Shown here: one piece after another, positions 27,571 through 35,797 of the stretch
Numbering within the stretch: the first letter of the stretch is position 1
How the letters are laid out: every line of letters begins with the position of its first letter
Assembly (NCBI GenBank): GCA_044343545.1
Contig: JAWBZR010000005.1
Location: 1 to 39,974 of the forward strand
Length of the DNA: 39,974 nucleotides
From: Candidatus Aenigmatarchaeota archaeon
GTDB lineage: Archaea > Aenigmatarchaeota > Aenigmatarchaeia > CG10238-14
Direction: 5' to 3'
The notes under the pieces: model-generated
Seen by the model: the letters and a program-made list of their open reading frames with translations, nothing else
Databases searched by the model: none
Told to the model about the DNA's origin: nothing
Translations under genes and position numbers: made by a program

Positions 27571-28098
27571 ATGAAAATGGAAAAAGAATTTAAAATACCT
27601 GAAGGTTTTGATGTCAAAATAGATGGAAAGGTTTTGAGGGTTGAATATAATGGTAAGTTTCTCGAAAAAAAACTAAACTATCCGTCAACTATAAAAGTAA
27701 AAGTTGAAAATGGTAAGCTAATAGTTTCTTCTGAAGTGGAAAGGAGAAAGATTAAGGCTATGATAGGTACTATAATAGCGCATACAAGAAACATGATAAA
27801 AGGATTAAAAGAGGGTTATGTTTATAAGCTCAAAGTCGTCTACACACACTTTCCAATAAATGTCAAAGTAGAAAAAGATGAAGTAATTATTAGCAACTTT
27901 CTTGGAGAAAGAACTTTGAGAAAAGCAAAAATACTAGGCGATACAAAAGTGGAAATAAACGGTCAAGAAATAATAGTTAGCGGAAGTGACAAGGAACTCG
28001 TCGGGCAAACTGCTGCTAACATAGAAAATGCAACAAGGGTTTCAAAAAAAGATAGAAGGGTTTTTCAAGATGGAATTTATATTGTGAGTAGTGAGTGA
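27571..28098 (+). CDS. rpl6: 50S ribosomal protein L6
   Basis: YTHFPI, NFLGER, GQTAANIE, DRRVFQDGIYI. Confidence 0.97.
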   Translation: MKMEKEFKIPEGFDVKIDGKVLRVEYNGKFLEKKLNYPSTIKVKVENGKLIVSSEVERRKIKAMIGTIIAHTRNMIKGLKEGYVYKLKVVYTHFPINVKVEKDEVIISNFLGERTLRKAKILGDTKVEINGQEIIVSGSDKELVGQTAANIENATRVSKKDRRVFQDGIYIVSSE

Positions 28099-28100
28099 AT

Positions 28101-28436
28101 ATGAACCCGAGAAAAAAGCCTGAATTCAAAAGGCATGGAACTTATGTAAGGAGAGCTATAAAGAGGTGGAGGAGACCGAGAGGTAGAGATAATAAGATGA
28201 GAAGGAAGGAAAAATCCAAGGGTAAAAGACCTTCTGTAGGTTTTGGAGCGCCGAAGAGTTTGAGAGGGTTGCACCCATCGGGATTCAAAGAGGTTTTGAT
28301 ATCAAACGTGGAGGAATTAAAAAAAGTGAATAAGGAAACGGAAGCAGTTAGAATATGCTCTAAAGTCGGAAAGAAGAAAAAATTAGAAATTGTGAATAAA
28401 GCTAAAGAAATAGGTATAAAAGTATTGAATCCGTGA
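28101..28436 (+). CDS. rpl32e: 50S ribosomal protein L32e
   Basis: KPEFKR, WRRPRGRDNKMR, RGLHPSG, KVLNP. Confidence 0.96.
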   Translation: MNPRKKPEFKRHGTYVRRAIKRWRRPRGRDNKMRRKEKSKGKRPSVGFGAPKSLRGLHPSGFKEVLISNVEELKKVNKETEAVRICSKVGKKKKLEIVNKAKEIGIKVLNP

Positions 28437-28441
28437 TGATC

Positions 28442-28867
28442 ATGGCTGGGTTGAGGCTTCAAAGAAGGTTGGCTGCCAGTATACTAAAAGTGGGTCAAAC
28501 GAAAATATGGTTAGATCCAGAGCATTACGAAGATATTAAAAATGCCATAACAAGAAAGGACATAAAGAAACTAATAGAAAAAGGTTATATAAAGAAGAAA
28601 AAAGGTGATATTCCTTTTCCAAAAGAAAAGAAAAAGAAAAGACAAAGAGCAGGAAGCAGGAAGGGAAAAATTGGTGGAAGGATTGATAAAAAAAGAGTTT
28701 GGATAAACACCATAAGAGCCTTGAGAAAAATGCTAAAAGAGTTGAAAGAGCAGGGAAAAATAGACAAGCAAACATTCAAAACAGCCTATAAGATGGCAAA
28801 ATCCGGAGCCTTTAGAAGCAGGGCTCACCTGAAGCTTTACTTGAAGCAAAAAGGTGTAAAAGTATGA
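28442..28867 (+). CDS. rpl19e: 50S ribosomal protein L19e
   Basis: LRLQRRLAASILKVG..KIWLDP, GSRKG, WINTIRALR. Confidence 0.96.
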   Translation: MAGLRLQRRLAASILKVGQTKIWLDPEHYEDIKNAITRKDIKKLIEKGYIKKKKGDIPFPKEKKKKRQRAGSRKGKIGGRIDKKRVWINTIRALRKMLKELKEQGKIDKQTFKTAYKMAKSGAFRSRAHLKLYLKQKGVKV

Positions 28868-29412
28868 AAAAAATGAAAGCTACGTTTGAATTACCCTTTA
28901 AAAGAAGAATTGAGGGTGTGACTAATTATAGAAAGAGGTTAAAGTTGTTAAAATCAAGAAAGCATAGACTTGTCGTGAGAAAGACTAATACAAGAATAAT
29001 TGCCGAAGTGATGGAATATGTACCTTCGGGCGATAGAGTTATAGCTTATGCTTCTTCTACAGAACTTGAAAAATTTGGGTGGAAATATAGCAAGAAAAAC
29101 ACTCCCGCAGCATATCTCTTGGGCTATTTAATAGCTAAAAAATCGCTGAAAAAAGGTGTTAAAGATGTCGTTCTCGACATAGGCTTGCATACTCCTAGCT
29201 CAAAAATATTTGCTTTCTTGAAAGGTGCCGTAGATGGCGGATTAAGCATACCTCATTCGCCTGATGTTTACCCTTCAGAAGAGAGAATTAAAGGAAAACA
29301 TATAGAAGAAGCAATAAAAAATGTAAAGAATAAAAATCAATTCTCGAAAATAAAACCAACGGACATATGCGAAATTTTTGAAAAGGTGAAGAAAGAGATA
29401 GAAGGTGTTTAA
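28864..29412 (+). CDS. rpl18: 50S ribosomal protein L18
   Basis: RRIEGVTNYRKRLKLL, RLVVRKTN, NTPAAYLLG, GAVDGGL.IPH. Confidence 0.97.
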   Translation: MKKMKATFELPFKRRIEGVTNYRKRLKLLKSRKHRLVVRKTNTRIIAEVMEYVPSGDRVIAYASSTELEKFGWKYSKKNTPAAYLLGYLIAKKSLKKGVKDVVLDIGLHTPSSKIFAFLKGAVDGGLSIPHSPDVYPSEERIKGKHIEEAIKNVKNKNQFSKIKPTDICEIFEKVKKEIEGV

Positions 29413-29413
29413 A

Positions 29414-30142
29414 ATGGAAGAGGAAAAAAATGAAGAAGAGATGAAAGAGATAGATAGGGAAGAGATAGAGGTTGCTCAAAAAAAAATAGAGGAAAGATTG
29501 TCTCATTGGAAACCAAAAACCAAATTGGGAAGATTCGTGTTTGAAAGAAAAATCACAAGCCTCGATGAAATTCTTGAGAATGGGATGAAAATAAGAGAGC
29601 CTGAAATAGTAGATTTTCTTTGTCCAAACCTCAAGAACGAGCTAATAATGATTGGCGGTAGGCCTGGGAAGGGTGGAGGAATTCAAAGAACTCCGATAAA
29701 AATCACTGCAAAGATGCATAGATCTGGGAGAAGATATACGTCTACTGCTTTTGCTGTTGTCGGAAACGGTAATGGCATAGTTGGATTTGGTAAGGGCAGG
29801 GCAAAGGAAGGCAGGGAAGCCGTCACTAAAGCCATAGAAAAGGCGAAGCTTAACTTGATCAAAGTAAGAAGAGGTTGTGGATCTTGGGAATGTGGATGTG
29901 GTGGCGAACATTCCATACCATTTAAGGTGTGGGGTCATTCTGGCTCTGTAAAAGTAAAGCTTATGCCAGCACCGAGAGGAGTAGGAATAGTTGCAAACGA
30001 TGAAGCAAAAAAAATTCTTAGATTAGCTGGCATAGAAGATGTGTGGATAAAAAGTTTTGGTGACACCGGCACGAGAATGAATCTTATCAAAGCGATATTT
30101 GATGGTTTGAGGAAGCTTCATTATTTCAAAAGCGGTGATTGA
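29414..30142 (+). CDS. rps5: 30S ribosomal protein S5
   Basis: WKPKTKLG, RRGCGSWECGCG..HSIP, PAPRGVG. Confidence 0.97.
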   Translation: MEEEKNEEEMKEIDREEIEVAQKKIEERLSHWKPKTKLGRFVFERKITSLDEILENGMKIREPEIVDFLCPNLKNELIMIGGRPGKGGGIQRTPIKITAKMHRSGRRYTSTAFAVVGNGNGIVGFGKGRAKEGREAVTKAIEKAKLNLIKVRRGCGSWECGCGGEHSIPFKVWGHSGSVKVKLMPAPRGVGIVANDEAKKILRLAGIEDVWIKSFGDTGTRMNLIKAIFDGLRKLHYFKSGD

Positions 30143-30143
30143 A

Positions 30144-30599
30144 TTGTACGCGGCAATTAGAATAAGGGGATCTGTTAGGACAAGAAAAGAGATTAACGAT
30201 ACTCTAAAAATGTTGAGGCTGAAAAAAAACAATCATTGCGTTGTTATCCCAGAAACGCCGCAATATAAAGGCATGCTAATAAAGTCAAAGGATTACATAA
30301 CCTTTGGAGAGATCGAGGAAGATGTGCTGGCTGAATTGTTGAAGAAAAGAGGAGAAATCGAAGGTGGCAGGCTAACTGAAGAAAAATTGAAAGAAATTAC
30401 AGGATTTGATAGTTTCGAAGAGTTTGCAAAGGCTTTGATTCAAGGTAAGGTAAAGCTAAAAGATTTTAAAAAAATTAAACCCATATTCAGATTAAATCCT
30501 CCAAGAAAGGGTTTCAAATCAAAAAAATTACCATTTCCGAAAGGAGACTTGGGTTATAGGGGGAAAGATATAAACGAGCTCTTGAAGAGGATGATGTAA
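30144..30599 (+). CDS. rpl30: 50S ribosomal protein L30
   Basis: AIRIRG, TLKMLRL, FRLNPPRKG, INELLKRM; TTG start after GGTGA inferred. Confidence 0.96.
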   Translation: MYAAIRIRGSVRTRKEINDTLKMLRLKKNNHCVVIPETPQYKGMLIKSKDYITFGEIEEDVLAELLKKRGEIEGGRLTEEKLKEITGFDSFEEFAKALIQGKVKLKDFKKIKPIFRLNPPRKGFKSKKLPFPKGDLGYRGKDINELLKRMM

Positions 30600-31025
30600 A
30601 TGGTTGTCAGGAAAAGAAAGAAAATATTGAAAAAGAGAGGTCATAGAACGGCAGGTTATGGCGGGCAGAAAAAGCATAGAGGTGGTGGAAGTAGAGGTGG
30701 TTGTGGTAATGCAGGATTGCACAAGCACAAAGTAATGAGAATGTTAAAATACTTTCCTGATCATTTCGGCAAAGTTGGATTTAAAAGGCATTTTGTGAGA
30801 AAACCAAAAGCGATAAACATAGAGCAACTCAACAAGATTGTTGAAGGTATGATTGAAAAAGAAAAAGGAAAGGAAATAAAGATTAACTTGAGTGAAATTG
30901 GTTATGATAAATTATTAGGTAAAGGTAAGGTAAAATACAAAATGACGGTTGAAGCAAAAATGTTTTCAAAAAATGCTTTGAGAAAGTTAGAAGAAAGTGG
31001 TTGCAAGGCAATAACAGTGAGTTGA
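30600..31025 (+). CDS. rpl15: 50S ribosomal protein L15
   Basis: HRGGGSRGG.GNAG, HFGKVGF, KLLGKG. Confidence 0.97.
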   Translation: MVVRKRKKILKKRGHRTAGYGGQKKHRGGGSRGGCGNAGLHKHKVMRMLKYFPDHFGKVGFKRHFVRKPKAINIEQLNKIVEGMIEKEKGKEIKINLSEIGYDKLLGKGKVKYKMTVEAKMFSKNALRKLEESGCKAITVS

Positions 31026-31026
31026 A

Positions 31027-32472
31027 ATGGAGTTTGATATAAAAAAGCTTGCAAGATTTTTGCCATACATAGAAAGGCCAACATATAGGCCGTCATTGAA
31101 TAAAAAAGTCGTGTGGACTCTATTATGCTTGATCATATATTTCATGTTAGCTTCTCATTTTTTCGGAGAATTGTACGGCATAAATCCAGAATTAACGAAA
31201 AGATTTCAAACTATTGAAATGCTTTTGGGCTCGAGCTTCGGTACTTTGATGACTCTTGGTATAGGGCCTATAGTTACCGGCTCCATATTGCTGCAACTTT
31301 TGGTCGGAGCAAAGATAATCGATTGGGATTTAGATGAAAAAGAGGATAGAGAAAAATATCAAATAGCGCAAAAACTTTTCTCAATATTTTTCATCATAAT
31401 AGAATCTATTGTCTTCGTCGTTTCCGGAGCAATCATTCCCAAAAGCTATACTCTTTTCAATCTTTTCATCATCATCCTTCAACTATGCATAGGAGGTTTG
31501 ATCGTGCTATTAATGGATGAGATCATTACAAAATATGGCATAGGCTCTGGTATAAGTTTATTCATAGCTGCGGGTGTAATCAACAATGTCTTTATTTCCA
31601 TATTCAGTCCTTGCAGCATAGGAGTTCAAGGGTGTGTGTTACCGAAAGGAGGTGCTGAGCCAGTTGGCAAGTTTTGGAGTTTTATAATAGGTGTTTACAA
31701 CGGCTATACCTATCAAGCTCTATCTTCAATAATACCTATATTGACCACTATACTCATAGTCATCATAGTCGCTTACGCTCAAGGAATAACAGTAGAGGTT
31801 CCGTTGACATTTTCTGCAGTGAAAGGTTTTGGTAGAAGTTGGTCCTTAAATTTATTTTACACAAGTAACATGCCTGTAATACTTGCAGCAGCTTTGATAG
31901 CAAACATAGAATTGTTTGGCGGATTAGTGGCAAAACCCTTGGCAGAAGATCCGTTAACTTCCTGTGGCATTTTAGGTTGCTTTACAAAAACAGCTAATGG
32001 AAATCAACCGACAAGCGGATTGGTGTACTATCTTGCATCACCCCGATCTAATATCATTGTAGATGCGATATCAGGGAATATCACGCCAAGATATTTGTTA
32101 AAAGTCTTTATTTACACTTTCATCCTTGTATCTATGTGTGTCATATTTTCAGTGTTTTGGGTTGCAACGGCAGGAATAGATTCTGAAAGCGTGGCAAAGC
32201 AGATAGATGCGATTGGCATGCAAATACCTGGATATAGAAAGAATCCGCAAATAATCAAGATGGTGCTTGACAAATACATACCTCCTCTCGCTGTGTTAGG
32301 TGGCTTGAGCATAGGTTTATTAGCTGCTTTGGCCGACATATTAGGGGCATTTGGAAGCGGAACGGGTATTCTTCTAACCGTGACTATATTATATGGCTTT
32401 AGGCAACAATTTAAGCAAGAAGAAATTGAAGGAGCACATCCATTAATAAAGAAGTTTGTTGGTGAGGATTAA
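31027..32472 (+). CDS. secY: Preprotein translocase subunit SecY
   Basis: GTLMTLGIGPIVT, YGIGSGISLFIAAG, YTSNMPVIL, IPGYR, GSGTGILLTV. Confidence 0.97.
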   Translation: MEFDIKKLARFLPYIERPTYRPSLNKKVVWTLLCLIIYFMLASHFFGELYGINPELTKRFQTIEMLLGSSFGTLMTLGIGPIVTGSILLQLLVGAKIIDWDLDEKEDREKYQIAQKLFSIFFIIIESIVFVVSGAIIPKSYTLFNLFIIILQLCIGGLIVLLMDEIITKYGIGSGISLFIAAGVINNVFISIFSPCSIGVQGCVLPKGGAEPVGKFWSFIIGVYNGYTYQALSSIIPILTTILIVIIVAYAQGITVEVPLTFSAVKGFGRSWSLNLFYTSNMPVILAAALIANIELFGGLVAKPLAEDPLTSCGILGCFTKTANGNQPTSGLVYYLASPRSNIIVDAISGNITPRYLLKVFIYTFILVSMCVIFSVFWVATAGIDSESVAKQIDAIGMQIPGYRKNPQIIKMVLDKYIPPLAVLGGLSIGLLAALADILGAFGSGTGILLTVTILYGFRQQFKQEEIEGAHPLIKKFVGED

Positions 32473-32958
32473 ATGATATTTAACGGTTTGTTGAATTTTT
32501 TGTTTTTGCCAATATTGAATCTTCCGCCACAACTAGGCATTTTTATCATTTCTCTCATTTTCACTTCAATAATGGTATATGTTAATAAAAAATTTCTTTG
32601 GACGAAAGAAGTGAAAGAATTGCAAAAAAACATTAAAGAAATTGACAAGAAAATAGAAATGTTGAAAAAGGAAAGCAAAAAAAAGTTTGAAAAGGAGTCA
32701 CCAAAACTTTTGAAGAAGCAATCAGATTACATGTCAAAATACATGAAACATACTATGAAGCCGTTGATTATTTCTGTGATAATAGCATTGATTATTATTC
32801 CTTGGCTGAACGAAAATTATAAAAATGCAATAATTTTTATTATACCAAGCTCTATGCCTCTAATTGGAGGCAAGAGTGTTGGATGGATATGGTGGTATGT
32901 CGCTTGCTCTCTTACCATAAGCATAATAGGTAAGCTTTTGGTTGGTGGTGTAAAGTGA
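32473..32958 (+). CDS. DUF106 / EMC3-TMCO1 (Oxa1 superfamily) membrane protein
   Basis: TM-coiled coil-TM layout, MKPL, GWIWWY; conserved position after secY. Confidence 0.88.
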   Translation: MIFNGLLNFLFLPILNLPPQLGIFIISLIFTSIMVYVNKKFLWTKEVKELQKNIKEIDKKIEMLKKESKKKFEKESPKLLKKQSDYMSKYMKHTMKPLIISVIIALIIIPWLNENYKNAIIFIIPSSMPLIGGKSVGWIWWYVACSLTISIIGKLLVGGVK

Positions 32959-33209
32959 GATCGAGAAATTGGAAAATAATAAAAGTCAAAACACCAGGAG
33001 GAAGATTGGCTATTCATTACAGAAAACCGAAACCAAAACCTGCTAAATGTGGAAAGTGTGGAAAAGTCTTGCATGGTGTTCCAAGATTGAGAGGATCAAA
33101 AATGAGAAAGTTGTCAAAAACCGAGAAAAGGCCTGAAAGGCCTTTCGGCGGTGTTTTATGCTCAAGATGTGTGAAAAAATTTTTTGCTGAAAAAGCAAGA
33201 AGTGTTTAA
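32955..33209 (+). CDS. rpl34e: 50S ribosomal protein L34e
   Basis: VKTPGGR, CGKCG..LHGVPR, RPERPFGGVLCSRC. Confidence 0.96.
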   Translation: MRSRNWKIIKVKTPGGRLAIHYRKPKPKPAKCGKCGKVLHGVPRLRGSKMRKLSKTEKRPERPFGGVLCSRCVKKFFAEKARSV

Positions 33210-33993
33210 GTGCAATTTCTTGTATTCTTATTTCTTGTATTCTTTGATAGCAATATTCTGACAAAAGATTTAATGCTCTTACTAATCTCTCATATAAACC
33301 CGTCCACACATCTATCATTTGCTTATATGTTCCGTTTTTTATCGCGTCTTGTATTTTCAAAAACCAGCCATAATCAAACTGCTGAGGTGCGTTTATTTCC
33401 ACATCACCAACTAGCTCAGACATAGTGGTATAAGGAGATACACAAAGTTTCAAATATGATGCTGCTTCTACAACCGCATATACCAAACTTCTAATATTAG
33501 TGTGGATGTCCCATGCGATTGGAGAATTTAATGGCAACGCTCCTACCGGCAAGCGTTTAGTTCTGAAATACTCATAAGCACCCTTGCCTCTCTCAATGGA
33601 ACAAAATATATGATATAATTGAGCAACCGTAGTAAATAAATCTATATCTGTGGGGGGTAGACCCAAATATGTAGCATAATCTCTAGCTCTTTTAGCCTCA
33701 TAATGGCATTCCATATAAATTTCTCTTAATTCATCTTTTTGCGGTCTCGGTTTTTCTAACCTTTTATATAACCTTTCTTTCATTCTACTTAAAGGGTCGA
33801 ATGGAAATCTTTCAGCCAAAGCACTAACTAGGTTATAAGATGCTACCAAATCACGATCTAATCTATACATTCTTCCAAGTGTGTCACCAATGCTTTTAAC
33901 TGCTTTTTCAAGACATCTTTCATACGCACCTAAGACTAAATCATCAACAGAGGTAATGGGTATACCAGAGTTTTCCGCCATCCTTTTAGCCAT
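33043..33993 (-). CDS. Orphan, probably helical protein; 3' end runs antisense into rpl34e
   Basis: Long open frame filling 33210-33993; no family recognised; start set at MAKRM. Confidence 0.65.
   Translation of the reverse strand: MAKRMAENSGIPITSVDDLVLGAYERCLEKAVKSIGDTLGRMYRLDRDLVASYNLVSALAERFPFDPLSRMKERLYKRLEKPRPQKDELREIYMECHYEAKRARDYATYLGLPPTDIDLFTTVAQLYHIFCSIERGKGAYEYFRTKRLPVGALPLNSPIAWDIHTNIRSLVYAVVEAASYLKLCVSPYTTMSELVGDVEINAPQQFDYGWFLKIQDAIKNGTYKQMIDVWTGLYERLVRALNLLSEYCYQRIQEIRIQEIALKHFLLFQQKIFSHILSIKHRRKAFQAFSRFLTTFSFLILSILEHHARLFHTFHI
33215..33244. repeat. Exact 15-nt tandem duplication (RIQEI x2)
   Basis: ATTTCTTGTATTCTT ATTTCTTGTATTCTT. Confidence 0.9.
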
Positions 33994-34170
33994 TTCCAAA
34001 TATATTATAGTATTAAGTTGAATTCGACAAAGCCAATTTATACACATTTTTAAATACTTTTCTCGCAAATTTTATATAAAGGTGTAAATGGTGTCAGGTG
34101 AATATCTTTGCTAATTCTCCAAAAATTCTAAAATTTATTTATCCTTCTTGCAAAAATTTAATATTCAAAA

Positions 34171-34294
34171 GCGGAGTTGGCAGAACGGCTATGCAACCGA
34201 TTGCTTTCAGCAAGTTGAAGCTGCAGAACCGGTGTGCTGATGAAAATGATGGTGCTGACACCGGTGGAAGAGGGTTCAATTCCCTCACTCCGCT
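34171..34294 (+). tRNA. tRNA-Cys(GCA) with two introns: 34200-34219 (position 30/31) and 34227-34259 (canonical 37/38)
   Basis: Removing both gives a 71-nt cloverleaf: GCGGAGT/ACTCCGC, ACCGG-CT GCA GA-CCGGT, GAGGG TTCAATT CCCTC, U73. BHB-type motifs at both introns; lies directly upstream of cysS. Confidence 0.88.
34227..34259 (+). ncRNA. Putative intron-encoded minimal box C'/D' guide RNA
   Basis: Guide ACCGGTGT(G), CTGA (D'), TGAAA, ATGATGG (C'-like), TG, CTGA. The guide is complementary to 34258-34265. Confidence 0.5.
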
Positions 34295-34315
34295 TTTCTA
34301 ACAGGTGAAAGAAAA

Positions 34316-35797
34316 ATGCTATTCCTCTATAACACATTAGGAAGAAAAAAGATGCCTTTCAAGCCTATAAAAGATAAAATCGTAAAGATGTACAGCTGCG
34401 GCCCGACTGTTTATGATTATACTCATTTAGGCCACTTTAGAGCTTATGTTTTCGTTGACGTGTTAAAAAGAGTTTTAAAGTACAACAATTACAAGGTAAA
34501 GCATGTTATGAATATAACTGATGTGGGTCACTTGACATCAGATGCCGACACAGGAGAAGATAAAATGGAAAAGGGTGCGAGAAGAGAAGGAAAAAGTGTT
34601 TGGGAAATAGCTGAATTCTACACAAAGGACTTCTTTGATGCGATGGAAAAGTTGAATGTTGAAAAACCTGATATAATTTGCAAAGCTACAGACCACATAA
34701 AGGAAATGGCTGAAATGGTCCAAAAAATAATAGACAACGATTATGCTTACGTGATTTCAGACGGAATTTATTTCGATACAAGTAAATTGAAAGATTACGG
34801 AAAGCTTGCTGGCTTCAAACCCGAAGAATTAAAAGCGGGTGCGAGGGTGGAATTTAATGAAGAAAAGAGAAACCCCACCGATTTTGCTTTATGGAAGTTT
34901 ACAGCAAAAGATCAAAAGCGACAGATGGAATGGGAAAATGAATTCTTTTTCAGGCCAAACCAAATAGATGTGGGTAAAATCATTGCCTACGCGCAGGAAA
35001 ATCCAAACATCAAGATAGAAAAAACAGGAAAAAAATTCAAGTTAACAGTAAGGGGTTTCCCTGGATGGCACATAGAATGCAGCGCCATGAGCACAAAGTA
35101 TTTAGGTAAGGTTTTCGACATTCATACTGGCGGTGTCGACCACATACCAGTTCACCATACTAACGAAATAGCTCAATCTCAAGCAGCATTAAAAAAAGAA
35201 AGTGTAAAGTTTTGGCTGCATAATGAATTTGTGTTAGTTGAAAATCAAAAAATGAGCAAATCTTTGCAGAACTTTTATACTATGCACGATATAATATCAA
35301 GAGGTTTTGATCCGCTTTCCTTAAGGTATCTATTTTTGACCGCACATTATAGATCAAAAATAAACTTCACGTGGGACTCGTTAAAAGCTGCAGAAAATGC
35401 GTACAAATCACTGAAAGAGAAAATAGCGTCCCTGGATGCGAGTAAAAAAGGCGAAAGAAAAAAAATCAAAGATTACAAGAAAAAATTCTTGGAATTTATT
35501 AACGATGATCTTGATACGCCGAGAGCACTTGCACTTTTATGGCAAATGTTGAAAGATGAACAACTTGGAGACAGAGAGAAATACGAGCTTGCCTTAGATT
35601 TTGACAAGGTGTTTGGATTAAAATTAGACCAAAGCAAGATTGATATACCTAAAGAAATATTGGATTTGGCTGAAAAAAGATTGAAAGCAAGAAAAGAAAA
35701 GAATTGGAAATTGGCTGATGAGTTGAGAGAGGAAATTAAAAGAAGAGGCTATAAGATTGAGGATACCGAAGATGGATATAAAATTTTCAAACTTTAA
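34316..35797 (+). CDS. cysS: Cysteine--tRNA ligase
   Basis: YSCGPTVY, HLGH, NITDVGH, DFALWK, GFPGWHIECSAM, DIHTGGVDH..VHHTNE, KMSKS. Confidence 0.98.
   Translation: MLFLYNTLGRKKMPFKPIKDKIVKMYSCGPTVYDYTHLGHFRAYVFVDVLKRVLKYNNYKVKHVMNITDVGHLTSDADTGEDKMEKGARREGKSVWEIAEFYTKDFFDAMEKLNVEKPDIICKATDHIKEMAEMVQKIIDNDYAYVISDGIYFDTSKLKDYGKLAGFKPEELKAGARVEFNEEKRNPTDFALWKFTAKDQKRQMEWENEFFFRPNQIDVGKIIAYAQENPNIKIEKTGKKFKLTVRGFPGWHIECSAMSTKYLGKVFDIHTGGVDHIPVHHTNEIAQSQAALKKESVKFWLHNEFVLVENQKMSKSLQNFYTMHDIISRGFDPLSLRYLFLTAHYRSKINFTWDSLKAAENAYKSLKEKIASLDASKKGERKKIKDYKKKFLEFINDDLDTPRALALLWQMLKDEQLGDREKYELALDFDKVFGLKLDQSKIDIPKEILDLAEKRLKARKEKNWKLADELREEIKRRGYKIEDTEDGYKIFKL

Noticed and set aside
34201-34213. TTGC-TTTCA-GCAA hairpin as a UCA (Sec or opal suppressor) anticodon arm
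   Set aside because: It is the inner stem of intron 1 with a 5-nt loop; the spliced product has GCA, U73 and a short variable loop
34234-34258. Third, nested intron between the two GTGCTGA repeats
   Set aside because: The central helix would need two G-U pairs and the outer helix is out of register; the C/D-box reading explains the repeats better, though nesting is not fully excluded
34098-34301. 67-aa ORF
   Set aside because: Coincides with the tRNA-Cys gene
34934-35050. CysRS insertion as an intein or mRNA intron
   Set aside because: Too short, lacks intein terminal residues, and no BHB motif is visible
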